A DNA stretch of 64,000 bases from an uncultured virus (IMG/VR IMGVR_UViG_3300035498_001541) (lineage: Duplodnaviria > Heunggongvirae > Uroviricota > Caudoviricetes): IMG/VR virus record IMGVR_UViG_3300035498_001541, one strand, 5' to 3'. Under the pieces are notes generated by a model. The model was not told where the DNA came from. It made no database searches and saw only the letters and a program-made list of their open reading frames with translations. The first letter of the stretch is position 1, and the number at the start of each line of letters is the position of its first letter. Below, one piece after another: positions 19,607-30,348 of the stretch. A program made the translations under genes and the position numbers.

Positions 19607-20317
19607 CTACTTTAACAGTTCATAATCAACATTTACATACCCTTCATTGATATCCGCATTTTTGATGATGATACCAATATTTACCATAGTACCACCATCA
19701 TTACGGACGCTACACTCTCCGCTCTTAAACTTCTTGTAATTGTACGATTTGTCATACACATACCAAGAAGTGTCTGAGCAGTATTTATTCAAAATCCACA
19801 GTACTTCTTCTTTAGAAACACCGGCATCAGAACTCAACTGGAACGTTACATTCAAACGCTTTCTCTTACCATCGTGCCACTCTGTAAATACACCATCTAA
19901 GCCATTCATAGTGAAATTCTTTGGCTGTACCTCCTCGAAGTAAGCCCCAACAGAAACATCCCACTTTTCGTCCTCAGAGAAGCCAAGCATCTTAGCAACA
20001 CTTTCTAAACCGATTTTTCTAATCTTCTTTGTTTTATTTTTCTTCTCTTTTATAGACAGTTCTTCAAAAACTATACTAGCAGCTGTACTTGGCTCTGCAG
20101 TAATTACCACTTCCTCATCACCTACTATTTCTTCAGCAGGTGCCTCACTTGCAATTCCCCCTTCAGTAGCTATTACAGCAGAACCACTAGCCACATCAAC
20201 ACTTGAACCTTGTATACTTTGGAGCTTAAGGTAGCTGGGCAGCAAACTAATGCAGCCCCATACCTCAAATACAATAATCATAACTAGTAAATAAATATTC
20301 ACTTTATCTCGTGTCAT
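19607..20317 (-). CDS. Membrane-anchored hypothetical protein (236 aa)
   Basis: N-terminal hydrophobic segment; AGGAGG SD. Confidence 0.8.
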   Translation of the reverse strand: MTRDKVNIYLLVMIIVFEVWGCISLLPSYLKLQSIQGSSVDVASGSAVIATEGGIASEAPAEEIVGDEEVVITAEPSTAASIVFEELSIKEKKNKTKKIRKIGLESVAKMLGFSEDEKWDVSVGAYFEEVQPKNFTMNGLDGVFTEWHDGKRKRLNVTFQLSSDAGVSKEEVLWILNKYCSDTSWYVYDKSYNYKKFKSGECSVRNDGGTMVNIGIIIKNADINEGYVNVDYELLK

Positions 20318-20326
20318 AGTATCCTC

Positions 20327-20533
20327 CTAAAAAACTTTAAATGCCTTTTCAGCACTACAAAGCATAATGTATTCTTTCGACCAAACAATCTTGGCATTCT
20401 CGTGACTATCAATAAATTCCTGAATAGTCTCTTTTACTTTACTTGAATGCAAAAACTCTATTGTAGACTTACCTGACAAAAAAGCTACAAACCCTAAAAC
20501 ACGCAATTTAGCGACCGCAATAGTATCTCTCAT
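20327..20533 (-). CDS. Small hypothetical protein (68 aa)
   Basis: AGGAGG SD before ATG; fills the gap in the operon. Confidence 0.65.
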   Translation of the reverse strand: MRDTIAVAKLRVLGFVAFLSGKSTIEFLHSSKVKETIQEFIDSHENAKIVWSKEYIMLCSAEKAFKVF

Positions 20534-20541
20534 GGTTCCTC

Positions 20542-22938
20542 CTATAATGTGTCAATTAATTTCTGTAAAAAGGAATTCTTACCTAGCCCTACTACACCTA
20601 CAGACATATTCTTTTCTCCAGCTACCTCCTCTGTGGTCTCAGCAACTACTGGTTCTTCTAATTTCTTTGCAACTACTGGCTCTTCTGATTTCTCCACAAC
20701 GACTGCCTCCTCTGATTGCTCTGCAGCTACCGGTTCTTCCACCTCATCTTCAAAGTCATCGTCAAAGTCATTCTCGAAATCAAAATCATCAAAAGCTGCC
20801 ATGCTCTCAATCTTTTTCTTCTCCGGTTCCTTCGCTTCACTCTTAGAGTCTCTATCAAGAATCCTCTGCACGTAATAGCTTGGATTGCTCTTTGAATAGT
20901 ACAAATGCAGGTCATCAATAGCCCTTGTCAACACAACATACCAGAGTCTTGTCTCACTTTCTTTCAGTTCCAACTCAATATTCTGTGGGTACTGTCTGCT
21001 GCGAATCAGTGGGAAATTTGGGAAAATTCTATCATCAAGAAAAACAACGTATACGTGCTTAAACTCCAATCCTTTCAAACCGTGGAAGGTTGAAATTGTC
21101 ACACCTGCCTTACTTGCATTGTTATTCCTACAGATACTCATCCTCTTACTGTATTCATCAAGGAAATCCCCGAAAGTCTGACTGCTGCTAAAGAATCTCT
21201 TTACACGTTCTTCAAACAAATCATCGTAATCGTCGGACACCTTCATAGCCTTCTGTGACTTCTTGAAGTTCCAGAAATACTTGCACAGCATCTTGTAAAC
21301 ATCACCAAAATAGCTTGACATAGGAGCTGTAGTAATTATGCTTGAAATCTCTATCAATCTCTGCATAGCTTCAGCAAAACCAGACATTTGCATAAGTCTA
21401 CCATAGTCGTACTCTGCAAAGTGCCTATGTGTCTCCTCTGTGCTAAATTTGTGATGCTCAGCATCGTAACCGAAAATCTTAAAAATCTCGCTCTTCTTGC
21501 AAGGAAGAACCTTGTAGAGCTGAATACTAGCCTCCCTATCGTAAGGCATCTCAAGAGCACCGAGTACATCAATCACATGCCTGTACAACTCGTGAGACAT
21601 TGGTAAAACATTCTGCAGCGAATTGTACGGAACATTATTCTCCTCAAGCATTTCCGCCAATAGCTGAGAACACATCTGCTCCCTAAAGCAAATAACGGAA
21701 TCACGCTGCTCATCCGGAGTCATCTTCTTCAGTCTCTCAACGACATTGATAATCTGACCATCCAGTGAATTGTAGGGAATCAGCTCTACTGAGCCGCCGT
21801 CCTTGGTTCCAATCAGAGACTTATCAAACCTAAGAGTATTCTCTGATACAGCAAACAATGCTTCATCGAGAATCTTCTTTCTACACCTACGATTCTGCGT
21901 CAGAGTGTAAACTCTTCCTCCGCTAAAGTTATTCTCGAAATGCAAGAGCTCCTGAATACTTGCTCCGCGGAAATAATAAATCAGCTGGTCCTCATCACCG
22001 ATACACGTCAAAGGTGTACCATCATCAACAAACAACTGCAGAAGCTTCCACATTATTGGAGTAAAGTCCTGCACCTCGTCAACAATCACATAGTCGTAGT
22101 ACCGCTGTACCATATGCTTTGCATCCTCGTCTGTACTCAGCAGATTGTAAACCTTAATCAGCATATCGCAATAATCGTATTTGCGTTTCAGCTTCTTTGC
22201 GGCTTCATACCGCTCAAAGCATTTCTCAACCACAGGCAATTCAACACCTAAATCCTTGAACTTATCGGTATTTGTCATTTCTGCTGGTTCTTTAAAAGAC
22301 TCCTTGCACAGATTGTAAAAAGACAGCATATTCTTCTCACTAATTATTACAGAGTTCTCAACACCAAGCATCTTCTTTGCAATATTGATTGACCGGTACA
22401 TCATTGGTAAAGACTGATTATCCTCAATTAAATTAAAGCCAACAAGACCAAGCTGTGCTGTGTACTGCTTACGCCAAAACTCGCAAAAGCTGTGCATAGT
22501 ACACGCATGAATCTTGTCGTCAATATCTAAACCTTTAATCCCAGCCAGACGAAGCCTTGTCACAAACTGTTTATGCCGCGTCTCCATATCGGTAACATTA
22601 TGCCTGTTATACACAAGACTAAGAATCTTATCACCCTTAATCTTTCCCTTACCTGTCTTGCTAGGCATTATCAGTTTCATTAAAACTGCAACGACCTGTG
22701 ACCATGTTGTCTTGCCACTGCCAGCAGTCGAAATTACTAACCTAGACCTTGCAGAAGAAATAGATGCTAGAGCAACATCTGGGGTCAAATCCAAATCCAA
22801 AACATCGTACAGCATCTTCACATAATTCAGCCTAATCCTCGGAGCCGGTAATTCGCACCCTGGCTCATCCTCTACAAGGTCAACGACTGAATCTAAATCT
22901 CTCTGCATAATATCTAGTGGTGTATCATTCTTAAACAT
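20542..22938 (-). CDS. UvrD/PcrA-family SF1 DNA helicase with acidic repeat tail
   Basis: AGSGKTT, CTMHSF, VDEVQD, IGDEDQLIYYFRGA, LTQNRR, STFHGLKGLEF, RLWYVVLTRA. Confidence 0.95.
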   Translation of the reverse strand: MFKNDTPLDIMQRDLDSVVDLVEDEPGCELPAPRIRLNYVKMLYDVLDLDLTPDVALASISSARSRLVISTAGSGKTTWSQVVAVLMKLIMPSKTGKGKIKGDKILSLVYNRHNVTDMETRHKQFVTRLRLAGIKGLDIDDKIHACTMHSFCEFWRKQYTAQLGLVGFNLIEDNQSLPMMYRSINIAKKMLGVENSVIISEKNMLSFYNLCKESFKEPAEMTNTDKFKDLGVELPVVEKCFERYEAAKKLKRKYDYCDMLIKVYNLLSTDEDAKHMVQRYYDYVIVDEVQDFTPIMWKLLQLFVDDGTPLTCIGDEDQLIYYFRGASIQELLHFENNFSGGRVYTLTQNRRCRKKILDEALFAVSENTLRFDKSLIGTKDGGSVELIPYNSLDGQIINVVERLKKMTPDEQRDSVICFREQMCSQLLAEMLEENNVPYNSLQNVLPMSHELYRHVIDVLGALEMPYDREASIQLYKVLPCKKSEIFKIFGYDAEHHKFSTEETHRHFAEYDYGRLMQMSGFAEAMQRLIEISSIITTAPMSSYFGDVYKMLCKYFWNFKKSQKAMKVSDDYDDLFEERVKRFFSSSQTFGDFLDEYSKRMSICRNNNASKAGVTISTFHGLKGLEFKHVYVVFLDDRIFPNFPLIRSRQYPQNIELELKESETRLWYVVLTRAIDDLHLYYSKSNPSYYVQRILDRDSKSEAKEPEKKKIESMAAFDDFDFENDFDDDFEDEVEEPVAAEQSEEAVVVEKSEEPVVAKKLEEPVVAETTEEVAGEKNMSVGVVGLGKNSFLQKLIDTL
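20621..20740 (-). repeat. Degenerate 27-bp tandem repeat (EEPVVAEKS-like) in the helicase tail
   Basis: EEPVAAEQS-EEAVVVEKS-EEPVVAKKL-EEPVVAETT-EEVA. Confidence 0.75.
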
Positions 22939-22943
22939 CTACA

Positions 22944-24623
22944 CTACCTCCAAGCTTCCGGTGAAACATTCACGTTTATTTGAGTTGCTGGATGTGGACC
23001 ACCAAAGTATGTAAGAAACCCTGACTTCCACGCAGCAATATTTGTAATTCTATCCAATATCTTTCGTGCTCCTAATCCTCTAAGCTGATTAGTGATTGGG
23101 GACCATACACCAATCTCGGCAACAGTAGCCTTACTGTCCTCTTTAAGCATACCATTGTGAATAGCAACCCTTGAATGGATTACACCCTTTGCATAGTCTC
23201 TAAAGGGTACAACGGACTCATCTCTGGTCATAGTACCCTTACTAATCATCCGCTCTCTAAACAGATTTCCATCTGCCAGAACACTGAAATCGAAAACTGA
23301 ATTCAGACTCTTATGTCGCACAACAGTTGCCTCAAAAGACTGGTCATAATCCTTCACAGCGTACGGTATACTAATCTGCTTTGATGCAATATACCCCACG
23401 TACTTCTTACTGCCAACCTCAAACAGAAGCAAATTGTTAAAGCATACCGGAATATCAAGACTCTCACCAATAAACTCTGATAGAGAAATCTCAAACTCTG
23501 TACAGAACTTATTGATAGCCCTGAACCCCTCAACAGCTGTATTCCAATCTCTTGAGCAAACACTGAACACATCCTCAACATTCAACACAGTAACATCCGA
23601 TGCATTGTACTGCGTATGTCTAATGGAACTATCGTCAAAGTATGACCTCAAACCATCCTCAACAAACTCTGCTTGTATTACTTTAATAACAGCCTGCTGT
23701 TTGCCCAAATCAGCTAAGCTGCATACAAAAGCATCCCCATTTCTGAATGAGAATCCCTTTCTCAGAGGATGCTGCATCAGTCTTACAAAATCACTTGCAA
23801 AGCAATACCTAGAACTCAGCAGCTTTTCAGCAGAACTCATATAGTAATACTGAACATCGCCCTTTGGCACATCAAACTTAAAGTGTCTGACACACGTAAA
23901 GTACGCCGCAAGTGAAGCGAAAATCTCATCACACCGAATCTTTGTTGTACCTACACAATTTGTCAAATTCCTGCTGTAATAAAACATAACATTTGGACCA
24001 TTCAATTTCTCAATCTCTTCAGCAATCTCATTGATAGTACGTACATCTTGATTAGTTGACAGCGAATTCATATTGTGTCTGTTAAAGATTTCTGCAACAT
24101 CAATCATGGTCGTGTTCTTTACATTACGACGAGCATATACAATCTCTTTCTTGTAAGGCTTAAAGCCTCTATTCAAGAATACTTTACCTGGAAACAATTC
24201 TCCTACCAGCTCATTGTCCTGCTCAATACCGGTGCCATATTTGTCATAGACCTTTTCAATAACAATGCAGTCAAAATCCTCACAGTCGCAATCATAGCAC
24301 GCTTGTGCAATTGCGTCATTCAAAGCATCCGGATTCACCAAATCATTCTCTGTGAGAATCAGCATATGCTTTTTAGATTCCAAGTCCATTACTTCACCAT
24401 CGAAGTAAATGCCATAACTGTTGTACACACTAAAGTCTGTGTATACATACTTACTACGGTCAGGACCAGACAACTTCTCTATCACGTATACGTCTTTCTG
24501 ACTATGATTTTTATAAAACTCATATATCTGGAACAAAGCATCTTTCTTCAAGTCAAACTCGCAATCTAAGTCCTTGTTTGGCAATTCAGAGATTGCTATT
24601 GTCCTTTGATTCATTTGAGACAT
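22944..24623 (-). CDS. Hypothetical protein (559 aa)
   Basis: Long ORF with AGGAGG SD; no motif recognised. Confidence 0.8.
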   Translation of the reverse strand: MSQMNQRTIAISELPNKDLDCEFDLKKDALFQIYEFYKNHSQKDVYVIEKLSGPDRSKYVYTDFSVYNSYGIYFDGEVMDLESKKHMLILTENDLVNPDALNDAIAQACYDCDCEDFDCIVIEKVYDKYGTGIEQDNELVGELFPGKVFLNRGFKPYKKEIVYARRNVKNTTMIDVAEIFNRHNMNSLSTNQDVRTINEIAEEIEKLNGPNVMFYYSRNLTNCVGTTKIRCDEIFASLAAYFTCVRHFKFDVPKGDVQYYYMSSAEKLLSSRYCFASDFVRLMQHPLRKGFSFRNGDAFVCSLADLGKQQAVIKVIQAEFVEDGLRSYFDDSSIRHTQYNASDVTVLNVEDVFSVCSRDWNTAVEGFRAINKFCTEFEISLSEFIGESLDIPVCFNNLLLFEVGSKKYVGYIASKQISIPYAVKDYDQSFEATVVRHKSLNSVFDFSVLADGNLFRERMISKGTMTRDESVVPFRDYAKGVIHSRVAIHNGMLKEDSKATVAEIGVWSPITNQLRGLGARKILDRITNIAAWKSGFLTYFGGPHPATQINVNVSPEAWR

Positions 24624-25307
24624 CTAATCCCTCCTGTCAAAATCTTTTACATCTGTCATTACAGCACATTCTTCTCCTGTATCATATTTCAGTTCAAACT
24701 GCCGCCTGGGTAAGTCAACGTACAGAGTTGGATTCTGCGACACCAAGATAATCTGCATTTCATCATCCACAATTTTCTGGTCAATAATATCTCCAATACT
24801 AGACAAATTGTTCTGTGATGCTACACCAAAAGCTTCATCAATAAAAAGGTTATGTACACCCAAGCTTTTGGCAATACCTGTTACAGCTGAAAAGCTTATC
24901 AAGTACTGCATCAACTTACCATTGCTAATATGCGGACTAAAAACATTTCCATTATCATCTTTCAATAGAAGCTTCACAGTATTCTTTCGCTTAAAGTCAC
25001 ACTGAACTTCTACTGTCAACTTACGCTCTGGGAAGATACGCTTAACCCCTTCAGTAATTACACCATTAAGATGCTCCATACGACGAGTTCGAAAATCATC
25101 GTTCTCTTTTATCAGCCGGCTCCTCAGCTCTCGTAATTTATCATAGTATTCTTTCAAATCGTTATATAACATCTCTGACTCTATCTTCTCAGCTATCAGT
25201 TTTTCTCTTGTTTCATTCATAGCCTTGGACTTAGCAATCTGTATCCTCAAGTCCTCAAGCTTTCTGCGATAAAGCTCTTTATTTCCCTTTACAACTGAAT
25301 AATTCAT
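24624..25307 (-). CDS. SbcC/Rad50-like ATPase, C-terminal half
   Basis: N-terminal coiled coil, signature-like SNGKL, Walker B LFIDEAF, H-loop position ILVSQ; no Walker A. Confidence 0.8.
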   Translation of the reverse strand: MNYSVVKGNKELYRRKLEDLRIQIAKSKAMNETREKLIAEKIESEMLYNDLKEYYDKLRELRSRLIKENDDFRTRRMEHLNGVITEGVKRIFPERKLTVEVQCDFKRKNTVKLLLKDDNGNVFSPHISNGKLMQYLISFSAVTGIAKSLGVHNLFIDEAFGVASQNNLSSIGDIIDQKIVDDEMQIILVSQNPTLYVDLPRRQFELKYDTGEECAVMTDVKDFDRRD

Positions 25308-25318
25308 ATCACAGCCAC

Positions 25319-26320
25319 CTACCAAACTATAGTGTATTCATCTTGGTCAAACTGAATAAAAGACTTCTTTTGCCTAAGAAAATACTCAGTACCTTTCAAC
25401 TGATTAAGCATACCGAAAATCACAGCCGCCGGCACTCTGAAATCATCGACCTCTGCACCTTCAGCAATCTCGACAACATCTAAGTCAATCGGTATCTTAA
25501 AAGTGGAATTGAATCCCTCAACCTCGACACACTTATCCTTTGCATTCACATACACACTGTCAATCTTAATATGAGTTTTCGCAAAGAAATTGAGAAGAAA
25601 CCTAAAATTCACCCGAACAATACACTTGGCACCAAACTTCTTATCATGAAGCAATGCGTATTCTTGATTACCAAGCTCATTCACTTTTCTTGCCAATACG
25701 CTAAATTCATTACGCTTGGCAAACAGGAAATTCTTAATACTCACAAACTCTTTATTGCACTTTCTCAGAGCACTAATTGTATCACCTGTCATTGAAAAGC
25801 TTCTCTTTGTAGAAACCTTCTTGTACATTCTCGGTCCACTACGAAGCACCACTCCAGCAACACCAGAGTCTACAGCAACATAGCTGTTAAACATTTTGGC
25901 AACCTTTGACACATCAAGAAATTGGTCAGAGTCAATAAACACCTCTGAATCACACTCTTCAATAATGCTAATCCGGTCGCTGTACAAGGTATCGTATACC
26001 ACCTGTTTTCCAAACCTACAGGAATAGTACAGCTGACCGGAGCTATGTAGAAAGTACAACACAATCTCATCACCATTGCAGTCCAATCTCAAGATGCTAT
26101 CCTCTGAAATACTCTTGAGAATCTTTGAGTGAACCCTGCACGAAAAATCCTTGCTATCTCTTGAACAATCCGCCTTAACGTCCAAACACGCAAAGACCTC
26201 ATTAGTACTACTGATAAAACGAACCTTGCTCTCGGCACAGAAAACATCAACGTACTCAACATCGTTCACAGATAGAAAATCACTCAAATCTCTTGTACTT
26301 GAAAAAGAAATACTATACAT
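25319..26320 (-). CDS. Probable DNA sliding clamp (beta/DnaN-like), divergent, 333 aa
   Basis: Length and three repeated alpha/beta units. VRFISSTNEVFACLDVKA...RVHSKILKSI (cf. LxATDLE...VPAKxLxxI), SVLARKVNELGNQEYALL (cf. SRLIEGxFPDYxxVI), FRVPAAVIFGML (cf. FNxKYLLDAL). dnaX and holA homologs lie in the same window. Confidence 0.6.
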   Translation of the reverse strand: MYSISFSSTRDLSDFLSVNDVEYVDVFCAESKVRFISSTNEVFACLDVKADCSRDSKDFSCRVHSKILKSISEDSILRLDCNGDEIVLYFLHSSGQLYYSCRFGKQVVYDTLYSDRISIIEECDSEVFIDSDQFLDVSKVAKMFNSYVAVDSGVAGVVLRSGPRMYKKVSTKRSFSMTGDTISALRKCNKEFVSIKNFLFAKRNEFSVLARKVNELGNQEYALLHDKKFGAKCIVRVNFRFLLNFFAKTHIKIDSVYVNAKDKCVEVEGFNSTFKIPIDLDVVEIAEGAEVDDFRVPAAVIFGMLNQLKGTEYFLRQKKSFIQFDQDEYTIVW

Positions 26321-26600
26321 TGAATTCTCCCTCTAAATAAGAATGTAATGTTTCCACCACACCCCTCAAACTCTCTTTACAACTGTCTAAATATTCTTTG
26401 TCAGTCTTGCAACGCTCAACGTCAAAGCTTAGAGCAGTCCGGACATTAATCCCTCTGTCCGCAAGCAACTGAACATCTTCTTCAGAAATCTCATCACGTA
26501 TCTGGTTAATATCCTTGCAAGCTTTTTCCATATCAGCAACTGCATTCTGATACTTCACACGCTCAATCATCAATCTATCTCTAATTTCCTTAGTTGTCAT
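26313..26600 (-). CDS. Small coiled-coil protein (95 aa)
   Basis: AGGAGG SD; helical heptads; lies between SbcD and the SbcC C-half. Confidence 0.75.
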   Translation of the reverse strand: MTTKEIRDRLMIERVKYQNAVADMEKACKDINQIRDEISEEDVQLLADRGINVRTALSFDVERCKTDKEYLDSCKESLRGVVETLHSYLEGEFNV

Positions 26601-27654
26601 AAAACCTCCTATTGTATCTAAAATTCAAACTCTCACCGATTGGGTCAACTGGCTCATGCAACAACCCATCCACAATCTTCAGCATATAGGCATCTTCAGC
26701 ATAGTAGGCTCGCAAGCTCTCCATAGGGTCATCATCCAAAGGTGAGTAGCTACGAGCAAGCTTCATAACCTTTGCCTGCTGATAGTTCTCTTTATTCAGC
26801 AAAACCTTGGAATGATCTATACACTCCTCGTATGATGGCAGCCTAATAAAATTATCATCAATGCCATCAAACTTACTGTCAACAACCTTCACAACTGGAA
26901 GATTCCTCTCCAGCTGATTATCATTCACCTCAGTCACGCTTGTTCTACACAGAGAAGCTAAATAGCACAGCACTGTTCCGTTCTCCAACTTCCACGTTCC
27001 GTAGATAGAGTGCATATGACCAAAAAAGCAATAATCATACCCATCGAAAACATCCGTACTCTCGAAGTCAGTTACTGTCCCCCAAATATCGGAACCAAGC
27101 CTAGCTTCTGCAGCCTTCTTTATTTGACTGCACACAACATCTTGATGAAACAGCCCAATATTGATAGAGCCATCAACCTCCGGTCTACTAATGCCTGCAC
27201 GATTATGGTTAAAATAAAATCTGACATTTCCGCACTCTAAGCTATCTACAACCCTAATCACAGGAAGTAGACCGTTAGGAGCCCATACTCTATCACTGAC
27301 ACCAGCCAGCTTCTGCGACTCTATCTCACTTACCAGAGAAAAGAACGGGTTCGACTTATAATACGAAAGTTCATGATTCCCTACAACGGAGAAGCAGTCG
27401 CCAATCTTCTCACGCCACATTATAAAGAAACTGCAATCATACATTGCAGAGTCAACCTTCACATAGCTTCTGTGAAATACATCCCCAAGCAACAACAGAT
27501 TCACTTTCTCAAAACCATTCTGTTTGTATCGAAGTGCCGTCTTCACAAGTTCTTCCCTAATCTGCATGGTCTCACTAACATAGTCCTTGTGGCTGGAAAT
27601 ATTCTTGAAATACAAATGTAAATCAGACGCTATCAGCCAAGCAATCTTTTCCAT
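26590..27654 (-). CDS. sbcD: SbcD/Mre11-like metallophosphoesterase nuclease
   Basis: SDLH, LGDVFH, VGNHE, FHQD, FGHMH, YLASL; probable ATG 27654. Confidence 0.88.
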   Translation of the reverse strand: MEKIAWLIASDLHLYFKNISSHKDYVSETMQIREELVKTALRYKQNGFEKVNLLLLGDVFHRSYVKVDSAMYDCSFFIMWREKIGDCFSVVGNHELSYYKSNPFFSLVSEIESQKLAGVSDRVWAPNGLLPVIRVVDSLECGNVRFYFNHNRAGISRPEVDGSINIGLFHQDVVCSQIKKAAEARLGSDIWGTVTDFESTDVFDGYDYCFFGHMHSIYGTWKLENGTVLCYLASLCRTSVTEVNDNQLERNLPVVKVVDSKFDGIDDNFIRLPSYEECIDHSKVLLNKENYQQAKVMKLARSYSPLDDDPMESLRAYYAEDAYMLKIVDGLLHEPVDPIGESLNFRYNRRFYDN

Positions 27655-28813
27655 CGAAAACCACCTTTCCGTAGATAGGGCACTCCACTGTTTCTCCACT
27701 ATTCTCAAATTGCTGTTCTAAATCTTTCACAGAAATCTCAGCTTCTTTTACACCAGCTATATCAATAGACGCTACCCTTGTCACAACGCTTTCCACTGCG
27801 TCCAAAACATTGAGTATTCGTAACTTCTCATCCTGTTCACCACTTACTGTGTCAAGACCACTCATTCTCTCTAAAGCTTTCTCAAGTTCTTCGAGAAAAT
27901 CAACTGTACCAATACTTACTGGCTCCTTAACACTAACAAACAAAGATTCAATCCTGTCGTCCAAACACTCAAGTCTTCCCAATACATCGGCTACTTCAAT
28001 AGGACATGGCTCTTTCACCACACCTAATGCTCCCAAGCTACCTTGCATTATCTCAAGCTTCTCCAACAGCTCCTCAATCTCTATCATCTTGTCAAAATCC
28101 ATAGCCCTGTAAACATCATCAACAAACTTTTCCTCAAGACAATCCAACACATCCATTGTGCTATACATCATATTGAAAACACTTGTCAGAAACTCCTGTT
28201 TATTCTCCAAAGCTTCTACATCCTGATACTGATTAGCTGCAATCTCCCTCTCGTAAAAGCACATACTATCCAAAGCTCTATCAAGCATAGTCTTACTCTC
28301 AGTCAACCGCTCATCTGTTCTCTCCTGCAAAACATCAAGGTCCTCGTTAAAGACAAGCATCTTAATCAAATCGTAATTATACGAAATCGCAGGATTCACC
28401 AACAACAAGTCTTGGTCAGCATCAATAATATTTGCAACAAAACTCCCTTGCACATCAGACAGCATCCCCATCTTTGCAAGCATCTGCTCTGGTGGCTCTA
28501 TACCGGAAATCACAGGAGATTCCTTTGTCTCTTGATAAGCATAGATTACTCTATCCCTAAAGATTTTCATTATAGCTACAGATGCATCTGTAAACTCAAA
28601 GAGAACCATCCCAAACTCAGCACCATGCCGAATCAATTCTTCTCTATCCCTACGACTATAGTAGTTTGGACAGCCCACCAACTTCAGAACCTTGAACAAT
28701 ACGCTTTTTCCTGTATCATTCTCAGCAACTATAACATTCAATCTATCTGTTGCCAGCTCATACGTAACATCCTTACAAGATTGGCAGTCTAACAGTCTAA
28801 TACTCTTTATCAT
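27623..28813 (-). CDS. SbcC/Rad50-like ATPase, N-terminal half ending at a degenerate hook
   Basis: MIKSIRLLDCQS, Walker A AENDTGKS, LIRHG, Q-loop DQD, long coiled coil, terminal CPIYG...C. Confidence 0.82.
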   Translation of the reverse strand: MIKSIRLLDCQSCKDVTYELATDRLNVIVAENDTGKSVLFKVLKLVGCPNYYSRRDREELIRHGAEFGMVLFEFTDASVAIMKIFRDRVIYAYQETKESPVISGIEPPEQMLAKMGMLSDVQGSFVANIIDADQDLLLVNPAISYNYDLIKMLVFNEDLDVLQERTDERLTESKTMLDRALDSMCFYEREIAANQYQDVEALENKQEFLTSVFNMMYSTMDVLDCLEEKFVDDVYRAMDFDKMIEIEELLEKLEIMQGSLGALGVVKEPCPIEVADVLGRLECLDDRIESLFVSVKEPVSIGTVDFLEELEKALERMSGLDTVSGEQDEKLRILNVLDAVESVVTRVASIDIAGVKEAEISVKDLEQQFENSGETVECPIYGKVVFDGKDCLADSV

Positions 28814-28832
28814 GTCATACCCCTTAACAAAC

Positions 28833-28860
28833 AAAAGAGGAGGCTATTAACCTCCTCTCT
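28833..28860 (-). terminator. Intrinsic terminator after the 474-aa gene
   Basis: AGAGGAGG-TTAATAG-CCTCCTCT followed by TTTGTTTG. Confidence 0.75.
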
Positions 28861-28883
28861 CAAAAATAGGCTGAAAACACCTA

Positions 28884-30308
28884 TTAAGCTTCAACATTCA
28901 GGTCGACGTCGTCGAAATCACCCATGTCCTCGGTATCACTGAAATCGGAGCTGGTCAAATCATACTCCTTAGCTTCTTTCTGTGAAGCACTCTCATCCAG
29001 ATTACCCTCGGAATGCTCTGTGATTCCAGCATCAACAGACTCCAGTAGCTCGTCACCCTCTTCACCGAAAATAAGTGAGATAACTTCTGAATTACTCTGC
29101 AGAACTTTCTTCGTAATATATGGGTCATTGTGCAGGTCAATCACCGTAGCCAGAGAGTTAAACAGCATAGACTCAACTGACTCGTCATAGACAGAAATCA
29201 TCATAGACCGACGAACCTTTTCCTCGACGTTCAGGTCTTTGTCAACAAAGTTGCGAACAGCCTGCACTAAAGGCATTGTGGTCAGTTCACCACCAGCCTC
29301 ATACTCAGAATCTTTCAATGTTGTGGTAGGCTTCTCAAATTTGGTATCACGACCAATCTCAGCCTTACCTGCCATTGTGCTGTCATCACCGGTAGACGGG
29401 CAGGTCATATCAACCTCCCAGAAATCGAAGAACTTGTCAAACTTGGACAGTGAGCCTTCCTGATAGCTCTCAATAATCTGTCTGATACCCTTCTTGTAGC
29501 GGGAAACAACCTCGAAGTCCTTTACAATCTCATTGGCTTCGCTCATCACGCACCGCTCTGTGTTCACGGAATAGTTCTTCTCCAGAGGAATCTCGAACAT
29601 CTGCACATAGTTAATATGTCTGTCATCAGAAACCGGGCAATTGCCGCGAACATCCTGTTTGTACTTCGCCTGCTGGTCTGCCGTATGTGTAATCTCTTTA
29701 TTCGCAATCTTATCTTCGTACTCTTTTATCTGCTCGTAAGCCTTGTCATTGAAAAACTTGCTTACCTTGAGCCATGACGGTGCTTCGCCAACAACCTCAC
29801 CTGTCTTAGGGTCACGAGCAATAGTCACTGCATAGTCACGCCCGAAACGACCTGTACCCATAGCCGGAATATTAATATGTGTAGCAATCACCGTAAAAAT
29901 CTTAGGAACTCTGTAAGGTGCAAAAACCTTCCAGTCAGTATCTGTAAACACACCGGAATCACTTGTATCCCACTCGCTTACACCGGAACGCTTCAGAAGT
30001 ACAGCCTTAGTAGCCTCATTCTTGTTAGCTAAATCCTTCATTGCAAGTGCCACCGTAGTTGCACTCATTGGAGGACGATACTTGTTATCGTTGTTGAACT
30101 TCTCGTCAGCAACACCAGTCTCCGGATTAAACGGAAACGCCAACTCAGTCAACACCAGCAGCTTACTCTTCTTTCTGAGTGCATTCTTAAGTGTAGGGAT
30201 TCTCGGAATCCTCACTTTGTTCTGAATACTCTCAGACCGCATATGCAATGAGCTTGAGCCATCGCAACCTGCATCCTCCATCATCTTTGTCATCTCATCC
30301 ATTGTCAT
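28884..30308 (-). CDS. Hypothetical protein with acidic C-terminal tail (474 aa); SSB or annealing-protein candidate
   Basis: AGAAAGG SD; tail DFSDTEDMGDFDDVDLNVEA; own terminator; position between primase and SbcCD. Function is inferred. Confidence 0.8.
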   Translation of the reverse strand: MTMDEMTKMMEDAGCDGSSSLHMRSESIQNKVRIPRIPTLKNALRKKSKLLVLTELAFPFNPETGVADEKFNNDNKYRPPMSATTVALAMKDLANKNEATKAVLLKRSGVSEWDTSDSGVFTDTDWKVFAPYRVPKIFTVIATHINIPAMGTGRFGRDYAVTIARDPKTGEVVGEAPSWLKVSKFFNDKAYEQIKEYEDKIANKEITHTADQQAKYKQDVRGNCPVSDDRHINYVQMFEIPLEKNYSVNTERCVMSEANEIVKDFEVVSRYKKGIRQIIESYQEGSLSKFDKFFDFWEVDMTCPSTGDDSTMAGKAEIGRDTKFEKPTTTLKDSEYEAGGELTTMPLVQAVRNFVDKDLNVEEKVRRSMMISVYDESVESMLFNSLATVIDLHNDPYITKKVLQSNSEVISLIFGEEGDELLESVDAGITEHSEGNLDESASQKEAKEYDLTSSDFSDTEDMGDFDDVDLNVEA

Positions 30309-30348
30309 AATTTTGTACCAACCTTTCTTTAAATAATTGATTTACTAG

